Virus record (IMG/VR): IMGVR_UViG_3300050132_000502
From: an uncultured virus (IMG/VR IMGVR_UViG_3300050132_000502)
Taxonomy: Duplodnaviria > Heunggongvirae > Uroviricota > Caudoviricetes
Reading direction: 5' to 3' (one strand)
Length of the DNA: 61,136 bases
Shown one piece after another: positions 9,552 to 18,551 of this stretch (its first letter is position 1; every line of letters begins with the position of its first letter). The notes beneath the pieces were generated by a model that worked only from the letters and a program-made list of their open reading frames with translations, had not been told where the DNA came from and ran no database searches. The position numbers and the translations under genes are program-made.

Positions 9552-10108
9552 GACGTTGGCGGCAAGGATCGAATGGTATCGATGGCAAGACCGATGTCCT
9601 CCCACAGACTTCCGTGAAAGGTGGCACTCGAACGCAGTGCTTCGAGTGCCGTGATGAACTCTCCACGTCCCGGTTCTTTGGAAACGTCCTGAGGCTGAGT
9701 CTCGTGCAAGAGTTTGGTCAAGTCATCGCGCCAGTCGATGTCGAACGCATAGATGGTCTCATGCTCGATGAGCCAACGCACGTCTTCAATGACTTTCGCA
9801 GGATCGGGATTGCTCGGCTCTCCCTGACCTGAGCCAACGCGCCAGCCCTCCATGTACGCCAAGTCCTCCGGCGAAGCCACAACGCTCGTTGAGAGGAGAA
9901 GATCGCCGGGAGTCTCTTCGATCTTCTTCAACATGTCGAATCTCCACTCTCCTCGACCAACGCCGGTTACGTCATCCACAATTTGGAGCCACTGGTTGCC
10001 CATGCCGTCGAGACGTATCGACTTCACTCGCATACGTTGATCTGTCATATCGTGGCGGAACGTCTCCACGACGTCATCCACTTTGAACGATCCGTGGGTG
10101 ATGCTCAC
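9548..10108 (-). CDS. Hypothetical protein
   Basis: 186-aa coupled ORF. Confidence 0.6.
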   Translation of the reverse strand: MSITHGSFKVDDVVETFRHDMTDQRMRVKSIRLDGMGNQWLQIVDDVTGVGRGEWRFDMLKKIEETPGDLLLSTSVVASPEDLAYMEGWRVGSGQGEPSNPDPAKVIEDVRWLIEHETIYAFDIDWRDDLTKLLHETQPQDVSKEPGRGEFITALEALRSSATFHGSLWEDIGLAIDTIRSLPPTS

Positions 10109-10617
10109 AGTTCGTCTCCACAGTCAGGGCAGTGCTTGTAGTGCTTCAACTTCCACGAGTGAAAAACCTTCTCGTCAATCGGGTGTTTCAGATAGAGGTC
10201 ACCGGGATTGAAGCGACGCTCCCAACCCATCCAGCCGTGAGGACATTCGTTGGGCACCGATTCGTCGAGGACCGCAATGATGTCATTGCGCAAGTCGTAG
10301 ACGGCTGTGTGACCTTCTTGCACCACGTTGAGTATCCGACGTCGCAAGTCGGAGGCAAGTCTCAAACGGGAGAGGCCAGAACCGTAAAGAATGCTGTTGA
10401 GTTGTTGCGCGAGAGCCTTAGAGAGGTCCTTGGTCATCTCGGGTTCGGACAGCAGAGTGAAAAGTCGCTCGTGCTCGTCATCCCAAATAGCCAACTTGCC
10501 CTGGCACGCGGCCCACTCGCCGAACCTGCCGTCCCCGATGTCGGCCAGAGAGACATCACCGAAGGGTCGGCGCGGATTTTGGTCATCCCATTCCAGTTGT
10601 ACGTCGGTCGTCTCCAT
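10105..10617 (-). CDS. Hypothetical protein with a C-terminal Cys/His cluster
   Basis: CPHG...HCPDCG. Confidence 0.6.
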   Translation of the reverse strand: METTDVQLEWDDQNPRRPFGDVSLADIGDGRFGEWAACQGKLAIWDDEHERLFTLLSEPEMTKDLSKALAQQLNSILYGSGLSRLRLASDLRRRILNVVQEGHTAVYDLRNDIIAVLDESVPNECPHGWMGWERRFNPGDLYLKHPIDEKVFHSWKLKHYKHCPDCGDEL

Positions 10618-10626
10618 GAGTCTCTC

Positions 10627-10914
10627 TTAGCCCTGGCTTTCGCTCACGGGATCGACACTGACGATCTGATAGATGTTCTCTTTCTTGGAGGGGTCGTACA
10701 GATTGAAAGTGTTGCCGTTCCACCGGACCCGGCCTTGCTCTATGAGCAGGTCGATGGCTTTCTGCGCACGAGTTCTCGTCCAACGAAAGTGGTCGCGCAC
10801 CTCAACGATGCTGTACGACTCGAAGAACGGCAATTCGCCGCGCATGATGTCGTGAGCCTTCTTGTACATGAACGTGTAGGCGCGTTCGCTGTCTTGTTCG
10901 GCGCGGGTTGTCAT
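10627..10914 (-). CDS. Small protein, possibly winged-helix DNA-binding
   Basis: EVRDHFRWTRTRAQKAIDLLIEQGRV resembles a wHTH. Confidence 0.5.
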   Translation of the reverse strand: MTTRAEQDSERAYTFMYKKAHDIMRGELPFFESYSIVEVRDHFRWTRTRAQKAIDLLIEQGRVRWNGNTFNLYDPSKKENIYQIVSVDPVSESQG

Positions 10915-11201
10915 TGGGTACCGATGGGCGACGTTCGTTCGTACGTCTGCTGGAACTCCTCATTGGCGACAACGATGAAGTCGTTCCATTCGTCCTTGAC
11001 AATCCAATCTCCGTCGAGTGCCAACGTCATCGTCTTCTGCAATGTCAATACTCGAATGCGAGGAGGAGCGGTCTCGTCGGGCTGTTCACTTTCGTGCGTC
11101 GCGTTAGAGTCATCCAACCAAGCGCAGATGTCCTGAAAACTCTCTCTCGTGAGTTGTCGTGCTTCAACTACCGATCTCCGGCGATACGTGGTCTCTATCA
11201 T
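10911..11201 (-). CDS. Conserved phage protein (YRxxxVVEAxQ...GDWIVK...FxxTYE family)
   Basis: Matches a widespread phage small-protein pattern. Function not assigned. Confidence 0.65.
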   Translation of the reverse strand: MIETTYRRRSVVEARQLTRESFQDICAWLDDSNATHESEQPDETAPPRIRVLTLQKTMTLALDGDWIVKDEWNDFIVVANEEFQQTYERTSPIGTQ

Positions 11202-11500
11202 TGCTTCTCCCATTTCACCGTGGCGATACCGTTTTCGTTGTCGAAGGCCACACACTTCCACTTCGTCCCGTCTCTACCGGCGATGGTGGTGCCGAGAGTG
11301 AACGGATCGAATTCCTGTGGCAGGTCTACGCCAACGATGAGTTCACGTAGCGAGGTCACGACCTTGATGAAATCGACGTTGCGTTGGTTGTCGTCGGCTC
11401 CATGCCAGTCGTGTTCTCGGTAAATCTTCGCGACGAGTTCATCGACGTCGCTCGACTTCACGCCCTTCGGCAAGAACTCTTCGATGACGAGATCACTCAT
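11198..11500 (-). CDS. Hypothetical protein
   Basis: ATG at 11500 lies inside the first copy of a 32-bp repeat. Confidence 0.55.
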   Translation of the reverse strand: MSDLVIEEFLPKGVKSSDVDELVAKIYREHDWHGADDNQRNVDFIKVVTSLRELIVGVDLPQEFDPFTLGTTIAGRDGTKWKCVAFDNENGIATVKWEKQ

Positions 11501-11949
11501 TGTTCTTCTCTCTCCAAGAGAGCCCCGCACTTCGGACAGTTCCGATATCCGTAGCCAATGCGTTGCCCGCTTTCGAGCGTTTCGTGGCCGTAGGAAACGT
11601 TGTTCTCGTCGAGGTGTCCGGTGGGGCAGTTCAATGTCGCCGACGCAATGAGTAAGAGATCGCGCAAGTCGGTCGCGCCGGATCGATAGATACCAGCCGT
11701 GATCCAATTCTCTTCGGTGCGCTTCTCGATGTTCAACTCCTTGATGAGTCCGTCAAGAAACTCTTGATGCAATTGCGCGACGGCTCCATCAGACTCCGCC
11801 ATGCGTATGCCCATCAACATCCCTAAGTGATAGGGACAGGTGTAGTTATCGCCACAGGACTTTTGGCCGACCGGATTGTGGCATATCTCCTCTGACTCTC
11901 TGAGAGATTGGATCGCGCTCATTGTTCTTTCCTCTCCAAGAGAGCCCCG
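11496..11949. repeat. 32-bp direct repeat pair (11496-11527 and 11918-11949) at gene junctions
   Basis: ctcattgttcttYYctctccaagagagccccg, 2 mismatches. It encodes GALLER[EK]EQ-stop plus the RBS and ATG of the next gene. Confidence 0.85.
11497..11922 (-). CDS. Hypothetical Cys-rich protein
   Basis: 141 aa, CPTGH...CPKCG. Bracketed by the 32-bp repeats. Confidence 0.6.
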   Translation of the reverse strand: MSAIQSLRESEEICHNPVGQKSCGDNYTCPYHLGMLMGIRMAESDGAVAQLHQEFLDGLIKELNIEKRTEENWITAGIYRSGATDLRDLLLIASATLNCPTGHLDENNVSYGHETLESGQRIGYGYRNCPKCGALLEREEQ

Positions 11950-12200
11950 GAAGTAATGATCTGTTCCGGCGAGTCGATGCCGTCAACTGTGTTCTGGAGA
12001 CGTTGCGCGAGGGCCTGTGCCTCCTCAGGAGTCTTGGACCCCTTGCCGATGTCGGCCCCTTCGTCCCAGTCGATGTCGATGACCACGTAGTAGAGCCACG
12101 GGCTACCGAGTCGCTCAGTGTCCTCTAGCGCACCGACCACATGAAAGTTCCCGTTCGACTCCCATCGGGTGCCGTCGTATTCAGTCCAGGTCAGCATCAT
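11919..12200 (-). CDS. Hypothetical protein
   Basis: 93-aa coupled ORF. Confidence 0.55.
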   Translation of the reverse strand: MMLTWTEYDGTRWESNGNFHVVGALEDTERLGSPWLYYVVIDIDWDEGADIGKGSKTPEEAQALAQRLQNTVDGIDSPEQIITSGALLERKEQ

Positions 12201-12670
12201 TCTGGTTGCACCCCGTCGAGGTTCCCGCTCGATACTCCGGGCGGCGGCAGTTCACCGTGGACACGAATCACGCTCTCCAGTAAGCCGCACATCGTCGCGG
12301 TGGCCTTGGCGACCATCTGTCGTCCCTGTGGGGTGTCGAGACCGAAGAGGTTGGCGCGGTGCAGATACATCGCCACCTGATCTTGCCACCACGTCTCGGG
12401 CTGAACCCCGAACTCGATGGTGTGCTGGTCATCAAGACCGATGCCGAACTTGTTGATCTGGTAGTCACGCTCACTAATCAGCCAGTTGAAAGTGGCGTCC
12501 ATTGGTGTGATCGGGCGCGGCGTCAACTCATCGTGTTGACGAGCGACAATGGCGTAGAACGTGTCACGGCTAGTCTCGTCGAGATAGTCAGTGTCGAACA
12601 GATTCTCGGCAGTGGTTTCAACTTCACCAAGCAAGAAGCGCAGATGGTTTTCGATGTCAGTGTTGCTCAT
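12197..12670 (-). CDS. Hypothetical protein; C-terminal half possibly all-alpha NTP-pyrophosphatase-like
   Basis: ERDYQINKFG...H...W...KATAT..LLE pattern. Weak. Confidence 0.45.
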   Translation of the reverse strand: MSNTDIENHLRFLLGEVETTAENLFDTDYLDETSRDTFYAIVARQHDELTPRPITPMDATFNWLISERDYQINKFGIGLDDQHTIEFGVQPETWWQDQVAMYLHRANLFGLDTPQGRQMVAKATATMCGLLESVIRVHGELPPPGVSSGNLDGVQPE

Positions 12671-12915
12671 TGGCTTGCCTCGTTGCTCAGTGTGCGTGCT
12701 GTTCTGACTCGACGCAGGGCATCCGTCACTTCCTTGAGAGAACGACTCGGGTCGGTCAGGTGCTCGTAGGCACCGAGTACCGAGGCAACCGATAGTCGCT
12801 GTTCTTCTCGACGCTCAGGAGTGCCGTAGCGAAGCGTCCACTCGGCACTGTCCTCGTCGTCTGTCGAAACATCGACGGGCCACGAAGTGTCATCCACAGT
12901 GATGTTGCGGATCAT
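12667..12915 (-). CDS. Hypothetical protein
   Basis: 82-aa coupled ORF. Confidence 0.55.
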   Translation of the reverse strand: MIRNITVDDTSWPVDVSTDDEDSAEWTLRYGTPERREEQRLSVASVLGAYEHLTDPSRSLKEVTDALRRVRTARTLSNEASQ

Positions 12916-13373
12916 GTCTCCTCCGATGTGACGCTCGCGTCGTGAGACGCTCCAGGGCTTTCTAACCCGGCTTTGTTGAGGATGGCAAGAGCCTTGGCAC
13001 TGCCACGTTCTACGCCTTCAAACGTAGGCTCCCTGACTGCCATATCCAATGTGACTCTCACCTCTTCAAGAGTCTCGGAAAGTTGAGCATGTTCTTGGGT
13101 CAACTCTCTGATGCGTGCCGCGAACCCTTGTGAGTACGTACGTGATGCGTCTCGCTCCGCCTTCGTAAGTTCGAGTTCTCCCGAGAGTCGAGTGACGATG
13201 GCGTCAGATTCGTCAAGTGCTTTGATCACGTCACAGGGGTAGGTGACACTCATTAAGTCGTTGAATCTATCGTTGGAGTTATAGCAACACACAGCACATT
13301 CCGAAAACTCGTACTCTGTGCCAGCGTTGGAGACATCAGGATGATGCTTTGCTCGAAGTTCGTCACTCATCAT
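12912..13373 (-). CDS. Hypothetical protein with a CxxC...YPC motif and a coiled coil
   Basis: H...CAVC...YPC pattern typical of small actinophage proteins. Confidence 0.55.
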   Translation of the reverse strand: MMSDELRAKHHPDVSNAGTEYEFSECAVCCYNSNDRFNDLMSVTYPCDVIKALDESDAIVTRLSGELELTKAERDASRTYSQGFAARIRELTQEHAQLSETLEEVRVTLDMAVREPTFEGVERGSAKALAILNKAGLESPGASHDASVTSEET

Positions 13374-13842
13374 TCACATCTGTCTGTCGATCTATATCTT
13401 CGATCCATCGTCCGGCGACCGCCATGACCTGCGTCAGTTCGACGCGCTTCCTCGACAGAACGGGCTCGGCGAAGACCTCGCAGACCTCTTCGTTCAGCAC
13501 GAGTTGCCAGGTGAGGTTCCCGTCCGCTACGGCTTTCGTCACGCGCATCTTGGCGGCGTCCTCTTCGCCCTTCCAGTAGTTGGTGTCCTCGCCGTTGGGC
13601 AGATGTTGCTGAGGGAATCGCGCCTCTTGACGTTTGTGTTCAGCGATGTAATCGTTCACCACGTTCATCGGTATCGCGTTCGCGAGAATGTTACGAGCGT
13701 CGGTGAGGGATATGAGTTTCATCCGTGCGCTCTCTCGCGCCTCAGGTGTTGCGGCGGGGTCCTCTGACGCCTCGCGCCACACGTTGCGCCACTGATCGAG
13801 AGAGTAGAACAAATCTTGGAGGGGTTCTTGGGCTGGACTCAT
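13363..13842 (-). CDS. MazG-like nucleotide pyrophosphohydrolase-domain protein
   Basis: EHKRQEARF...TWQLVLNEEVCEVFAE...RVELTQVMAVAGRWIEDID (EExxE...ExxQ). Confidence 0.6.
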   Translation of the reverse strand: MSPAQEPLQDLFYSLDQWRNVWREASEDPAATPEARESARMKLISLTDARNILANAIPMNVVNDYIAEHKRQEARFPQQHLPNGEDTNYWKGEEDAAKMRVTKAVADGNLTWQLVLNEEVCEVFAEPVLSRKRVELTQVMAVAGRWIEDIDRQTDVNDE

Positions 13843-14237
13843 ACCAGCACATCCTTCGTTAGGACTGTGACTTTTGAGAGGTCGATGCTACAGCACTCCC
13901 ATCGGTACGCCCAACGGCGCTTGCGACTCTTGAGCACCCATGAGGGAACGTCACAGCCATCGCGGGTCACCCAACACGGCCCCTCGGGGACGCCACCATT
14001 CAGGTGTTCTGAGATGAAATCGCACGTCGAACGACTCAACCAAAAGACCTCAGTCACTTCAACCTGAGGGAATGAAGAGAATTCGAACTGCACTCCGTCC
14101 TCGTAGTCGTAGGCGATGTGATCGGCGAGTTCCTCTTGCATTTCGAGTTGCGCGGAACGTTGCGCTTCGTCACTCGGTAGTTCACCTTTTTCGAGGATGA
14201 CGCCCCACGGATTGCCACAGTCGATGCAGGTAGTCAT
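13839..14237 (-). CDS. Hypothetical protein
   Basis: ATG at 14237 follows GGAGAAG. Confidence 0.55.
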   Translation of the reverse strand: MTTCIDCGNPWGVILEKGELPSDEAQRSAQLEMQEELADHIAYDYEDGVQFEFSSFPQVEVTEVFWLSRSTCDFISEHLNGGVPEGPCWVTRDGCDVPSWVLKSRKRRWAYRWECCSIDLSKVTVLTKDVLV

Positions 14238-14578
14238 CAGTTCTTCTCCACCATTTCGACACGATACCGACGGTCTATCCATTTGAGCGCATGTATCTCG
14301 GCGGTGAACACACCAGCGAAACGATTGTGACGAGTGGCATGGATGTTGCACGCGCACGTCGTCACCGTGACGTCGTTGAATCCCTTGCCGTAGGTCGTCT
14401 GTGTAATTTTAACTTTGAAAGCACCGAGGTCTTCTGTGTCGAAGACTTGCTTGGTGACCTGATCGACGAGATACATCTGGCGCATGTTGATGTCGCGCCA
14501 CTTCCACTTCGCGTCACCGTGGTCGTTCCAATCGAAGTATCCGAGGTCGGTCGCCTTGACAGTGGTCTTGACGGTCAT
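14237..14578 (-). CDS. Hypothetical protein
   Basis: ATG at 14578 is coupled to the upstream stop. Confidence 0.55.
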   Translation of the reverse strand: MTVKTTVKATDLGYFDWNDHGDAKWKWRDINMRQMYLVDQVTKQVFDTEDLGAFKVKITQTTYGKGFNDVTVTTCACNIHATRHNRFAGVFTAEIHALKWIDRRYRVEMVEKN

Positions 14579-14928
14579 TTGCCAAGCCTTGATGTGACGA
14601 TGAGATAGTTGCCGTGATTCTTGGAGATGTACCCCTCTCGAAGTAGGCAACTCGAATACGACGCGATCTTCTTCGCAACGGCTTCGGCGCGAGCCTCGAT
14701 AGTTCCGGGTCGGCTGTTGTTGAACTCCCAACCCGCGTGATCGTTGCCGAGGAGGTACGTCACCGTCACAGGACTACTGAGTCCCTCGCCGATGGTCACC
14801 TTGAAGCCGCTGTAGCGCGATTTGAAACCTCGCACCGCACTGCGCTCCTCGGTGTACTTCTCGAACTTGCCAGCCTTCAAAACGGAACTGACGTGAGCCG
14901 CGCTTACGGTCTTGGTCGAGGCTTCCAT
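14575..14928 (-). CDS. Hypothetical protein (first gene of a long small-gene operon; possibly leaderless)
   Basis: ATG lies 9 nt after the GGGGCTAG motif, with no room for an RBS. Confidence 0.6.
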   Translation of the reverse strand: MEASTKTVSAAHVSSVLKAGKFEKYTEERSAVRGFKSRYSGFKVTIGEGLSSPVTVTYLLGNDHAGWEFNNSRPGTIEARAEAVAKKIASYSSCLLREGYISKNHGNYLIVTSRLGK

Positions 14929-14935
14929 GTGAACG

Positions 14936-14945
14936 CTCTAGCCCC
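14936..14945 (-). promoter_or_regulatory. GGGGCTAGAG motif (proximal box only)
   Basis: Intergenic. The distal box is not at the standard spacing, and the site sits in an inverted repeat (~14942-14972). Confidence 0.5.
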
Positions 14946-15000
14946 GGTGTCTAACGACCGGGACACACGGGGTAGAGCGTGGACAACCTCATACCGACTC

Positions 15001-17124
15001 TTAACCCTGACTGGTGGTACTGGGAACAGTCGTCGAGGTCGCGGTTGAAGTCGAAGCGGGGATTGCGACTCCGACAATCGGCACCGTATTCGTGCCGTTC
15101 AGGTTCAGCGCCGGAGCGAGGTCGGGAGCCACGTACTTCGAGTATTGCGGAGTCAAGTGCGCTCCGTCGTAGGTGGGGATCATGCCGTTGATGATGGCGG
15201 GGCACTCACCTGCGTCACAGAAGAGGGGAGTGACGTTGAGGTACTGCACTCCGGTCTGAGCGGCGATTGCCGCCGTCTGCAAGTCGTTCTCGATGCGTCC
15301 CGTAGGCATGGGCACCAAGCACGTACCTTGGTTGGCTCCGGCAGTGGTGAGGCAGACGTTGGGAGCCTGAATCCCGCGAGAGAGTTGACGCGTCTCGGGC
15401 GAGGTACTCAGCAGAATGAATCGCTTGGCGAGGGGCTTGAGTTGGTTGACCACCATCGTCTCACCCTGCACCCAGTTCGTGGTGTTCGTGTAACTGCCCA
15501 TGATCAAAACGTCGGGGTGAATCTTGGTGATCTGCGTCTTGGCCCACGAGTAGAACGTGTCGCAGACGTTGCCCTTGCCTTCGCCAGGGTCAATGCCGAC
15601 GTAGGTGTCGTAGCCACATGCTTCGCGCACCACGGTGTATAACTTCCAGTGCTCTTGCTTGGCGATGATGGCGAGTGCGGGCACCCACATGGTGGAGTGC
15701 GAGTCACCAAAGATGACCATCGACTTGGTGCCGGTGGGGTCACCGAGTTGGCAGACCTTGCCGGTGAACTTGGGGTACTGACTGCACGAACCGAGGTTCA
15801 CGTTGTCGGTCCCGGCAGTCAGCAAGGAAGGGTCAGTGGTAGCAGGAACCGGCGTGTTGTTCTGACCGGCAACGACAGCCTGTTCGATAGCCACCAGGGG
15901 ACTGAGGGCTACGTTCTTGGCAGTAGCGGCACCCGCGAACGGGACCGAAGGGGCACCAAAGATGGCGACTGAAACAACCAAACCGGTGGCAACGGGCCAG
16001 AGCAACAGCCCTCTCCAGGTACGGCGGGAAAGCATTTGAATGTGACGCATGGGATTCTCCAATCCATAGTAGGAAATTGTGGCAACAGCAATTGAGACGG
16101 CAATCAATCCGACCCGAACGGGCAGGGTGTCGCGTGCACCGAGGTAGGCCGCACCGATAATCAAGATCGGCCAGTGCCAGAGGTACAGCGAATATGAGAT
16201 GTCACCAAGGAAGCGCAGTGGCTTCATCGACATCAGAGTGTGTGCGCCGAAGCGCGGGGCGTTGATGCCACCGATGAGCAGAGCGCCGCAACCAAGAACT
16301 GGGAGCAACGCCTTGTAGCCGGGGATGGCCGTCGATGCGGTGAAGAGAAGGGCGGCACTCATGATGGCGACCAAGCCCATCCACGACAGAGCCGAACGCA
16401 CGTAGTCAGGAATCTTGGCGAGCCAGGGCAACGCCACGGCGAGCAACGCACCGACTGCGAGTTCCCAGGTGCGGTCGAGGGTTGAGAAGTACGCCGCCGT
16501 AGGGTTCGCCGCCGTCTGCACGATGGACATGTAGAGCGAGAAGGCACCAACGGCCACGAGGGTGATGGCGATAGGAACGCGGGGGATGTGACCAGTGACG
16601 TGACGCTTACGGAAGATGAACGCGACCAGTCCGAGCAGAGCGGGCCACACGAGGTAGAACTGTTCCTCAACGGCCAGCGACCAGTAGTGCTGGAGGGGCG
16701 ACGTCGCGCTTCCGGCGGCGAAGTAGTTGGTGCCGACTGCGGCGAAGTGAATGTTCGCTCCGAAGAATACGGCCCACACCCCATCGACTAGCACCGAGCG
16801 TGCTTGGATGACGCCGAGCAACGCAACCGAGGCGAGACAGGTAGCGATAATGACCACCGTGGCGGCGGGCAGGATGCGCTGGGCGCGACGTGAGTAGAAG
16901 TGCAAGAAGCGCACCTTGGCGTACTTGCCGATGTCACCGAGCAGAATGCCAGTGATGAGGAATCCAGAGATGACGAAGAACACGTCTACACCGATGAAGC
17001 CTCCGGGGATGCCGGGGATGTGCGCGTGATCGAGAACGACGACGCCAACAGCCAGTGCACGCAGACCTTGGATGTCGCCACGAAACTTGGGCTTGTCCTT
17101 CGTAAGAGTGGTGTCCTTCGACAT
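15001..17124 (-). CDS. O-acyltransferase (acyltransferase-3 membrane domain + C-terminal SGNH domain; OafA/OatA/YrhL-like)
   Basis: FRGDIQGLRALAV, GGFIGVDVFFVISGFLIT, HYWSLAVEEQFY, GDISYSLYLWHWP, GDSH, DGAHL. Confidence 0.92.
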   Translation of the reverse strand: MSKDTTLTKDKPKFRGDIQGLRALAVGVVVLDHAHIPGIPGGFIGVDVFFVISGFLITGILLGDIGKYAKVRFLHFYSRRAQRILPAATVVIIATCLASVALLGVIQARSVLVDGVWAVFFGANIHFAAVGTNYFAAGSATSPLQHYWSLAVEEQFYLVWPALLGLVAFIFRKRHVTGHIPRVPIAITLVAVGAFSLYMSIVQTAANPTAAYFSTLDRTWELAVGALLAVALPWLAKIPDYVRSALSWMGLVAIMSAALLFTASTAIPGYKALLPVLGCGALLIGGINAPRFGAHTLMSMKPLRFLGDISYSLYLWHWPILIIGAAYLGARDTLPVRVGLIAVSIAVATISYYGLENPMRHIQMLSRRTWRGLLLWPVATGLVVSVAIFGAPSVPFAGAATAKNVALSPLVAIEQAVVAGQNNTPVPATTDPSLLTAGTDNVNLGSCSQYPKFTGKVCQLGDPTGTKSMVIFGDSHSTMWVPALAIIAKQEHWKLYTVVREACGYDTYVGIDPGEGKGNVCDTFYSWAKTQITKIHPDVLIMGSYTNTTNWVQGETMVVNQLKPLAKRFILLSTSPETRQLSRGIQAPNVCLTTAGANQGTCLVPMPTGRIENDLQTAAIAAQTGVQYLNVTPLFCDAGECPAIINGMIPTYDGAHLTPQYSKYVAPDLAPALNLNGTNTVPIVGVAIPASTSTATSTTVPSTTSQG

Positions 17125-17240
17125 GAGAATGCGACTCCTTGTATGTGAGCCATGCTTTATGGCCTCAATGCCTTATCTATCCCCGCGAAGCCTACAATGC
17201 CCCCTCTGTGACTCCGTTGACGAAGTGTTGTCAAACGTCG

Positions 17241-17531
17241 TTAGTCGTTGAGCGAGTTGAAGCGCGAGACACCGACAACGACGTACGCCGAGTTGCCATA
17301 GCCCGAAGGAAGCACCACGCAGAGTCGCAGAGGAGCGTTAGGTTCGACGATCTTTGCGGCCTCTTTGAGTGACCACAATCGGTAGTCGTTGATCGAGACT
17401 TTTTCATCGACGGTCACAACGTATTTGAGATTGGCCCACACGGGAGTGTTGGAACCGACACGCATCCCGGCGTTGCGACGGGCCTCTTCCGCAAGGACTC
17501 GAAGTCGCTTGAGATTGGAGGTCGTGCTCAT
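17241..17531 (-). CDS. Hypothetical protein (possibly leaderless)
   Basis: ATG lies 9 nt after GGGGCTAG. Confidence 0.55.
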   Translation of the reverse strand: MSTTSNLKRLRVLAEEARRNAGMRVGSNTPVWANLKYVVTVDEKVSINDYRLWSLKEAAKIVEPNAPLRLCVVLPSGYGNSAYVVVGVSRFNSLND

Positions 17532-17540
17532 AACTACTCA

Positions 17541-17567
17541 CTAGCCCCGCGAGATCGCTACCGCCCC
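17541..17567 (-). promoter_or_regulatory. Bipartite promoter-like motif GGGGC-N14-GGGGCTAG
   Basis: Recurring motif. Confidence 0.6.
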
Positions 17568-17956
17568 TGTCGAACCCGATACTCCCACACGATGGAGGTC
17601 GATTCTCCGGGTGGAAAATACGAACTGCGACGACGCTCCAAGCGATTGGTGTAGAGACGCGACGGGACTCGACTGCCCTTGCGAAGATTGTGGGACGCAC
17701 AGAGCGCCGTGAAGTTACTCATCGTCGTGGCCCCACCGCGTGAGTAGGGATAGTGATGATCGCCGTGTGACGCCGTACGACGACACCTCATCCCAAAGAT
17801 GTTGAAGTGTTCACAGCGATTGCCCGCCCGAGCGAAACCGGCGAGCCGCTCGTTCACCGTGAAGATTCGCTTGGGGTCCTTCGCGACGCTGCCGCGAGAT
17901 CGCGACAAGAGGAAAGCCAGGACGATGACCCCGGCCACCACGTAGACAATGGTCAT
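17558..17956 (-). CDS. Membrane-anchored HNH endonuclease
   Basis: N-terminal hydrophobic helix. RCE...C...HGDHHYPYSRGGATTMSNFTALCASHNLRKG. Confidence 0.8.
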   Translation of the reverse strand: MTIVYVVAGVIVLAFLLSRSRGSVAKDPKRIFTVNERLAGFARAGNRCEHFNIFGMRCRRTASHGDHHYPYSRGGATTMSNFTALCASHNLRKGSRVPSRLYTNRLERRRSSYFPPGESTSIVWEYRVRQGR

Positions 17957-17958
17957 CG

Positions 17959-18177
17959 CTACAGAACGGTGCGATGTGTCGAAGGACGAACTGGTTCTTC
18001 TTCAGCCGCCTTCTCAGTGGAGTCGACCTCTACCGAGATCACCTCGTCTCGGTACTGGTCGAGTTCGACAATCTCCGCGAGTGGGCTGTCCGACGGGTGA
18101 CGACGAATCGAGTCGGCCCGCGTGTCGCGTACCCGTCTCTTGCCCTTGAACTCATTGATGTCACGGATGTCGGCCAT
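17959..18177 (-). CDS. Hypothetical protein
   Basis: Short ORF between the DUF805 and HNH genes. Start uncertain. Confidence 0.4.
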   Translation of the reverse strand: MADIRDINEFKGKRRVRDTRADSIRRHPSDSPLAEIVELDQYRDEVISVEVDSTEKAAEEEPVRPSTHRTVL

Positions 18178-18251
18178 GTTCACTCTCGCTTGACTGCCTG
18201 ACATCATGATAGTTACCTCGTGACTGAGATTGGTGACTAAGCGTTTGTTTC

Positions 18252-18542
18252 TTAGGTGAGTTGTGGCTTGGTCGGCTGGCAGTAGAGCACGATGTTGACG
18301 ATGGGGCACAGCATCCACCAGGCCGAGTGATTGCTGTCGTGTAAACGACGAGCATTCACCGCGAGCAGCGGAATCCAGATGGCGAGCAAAACGATGTCGA
18401 GGACGGGAACTCGAATGAGGGCGATCACGTAGTCCACGATCACGAAGAACAACCAGAAGTACCAGAACTCGCTTCGAGATGCTCGCCCGTCAAAGTCGGC
18501 GTACTTTCTAAAGCACGTCTCGATTGCGTCAAACATGTTCAT
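18252..18542 (-). CDS. DUF805/YhaH-family membrane protein
   Basis: KYADFDGRASRSEFWYF...RRLHDSNHSAWW. Confidence 0.85.
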   Translation of the reverse strand: MNMFDAIETCFRKYADFDGRASRSEFWYFWLFFVIVDYVIALIRVPVLDIVLLAIWIPLLAVNARRLHDSNHSAWWMLCPIVNIVLYCQPTKPQLT

Positions 18543-18551
18543 TGGGTTCTC

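Noticed and set aside
10621..10634. GGGCTAAGAG (10.63 kb), GAGGTTAGAG (2.57 kb) and GCGGCTAGGG (47.97 kb) as extra promoter copies
   Set aside because: They coincide with stop codon/RBS junctions, deviate from the core and lack the upstream box.
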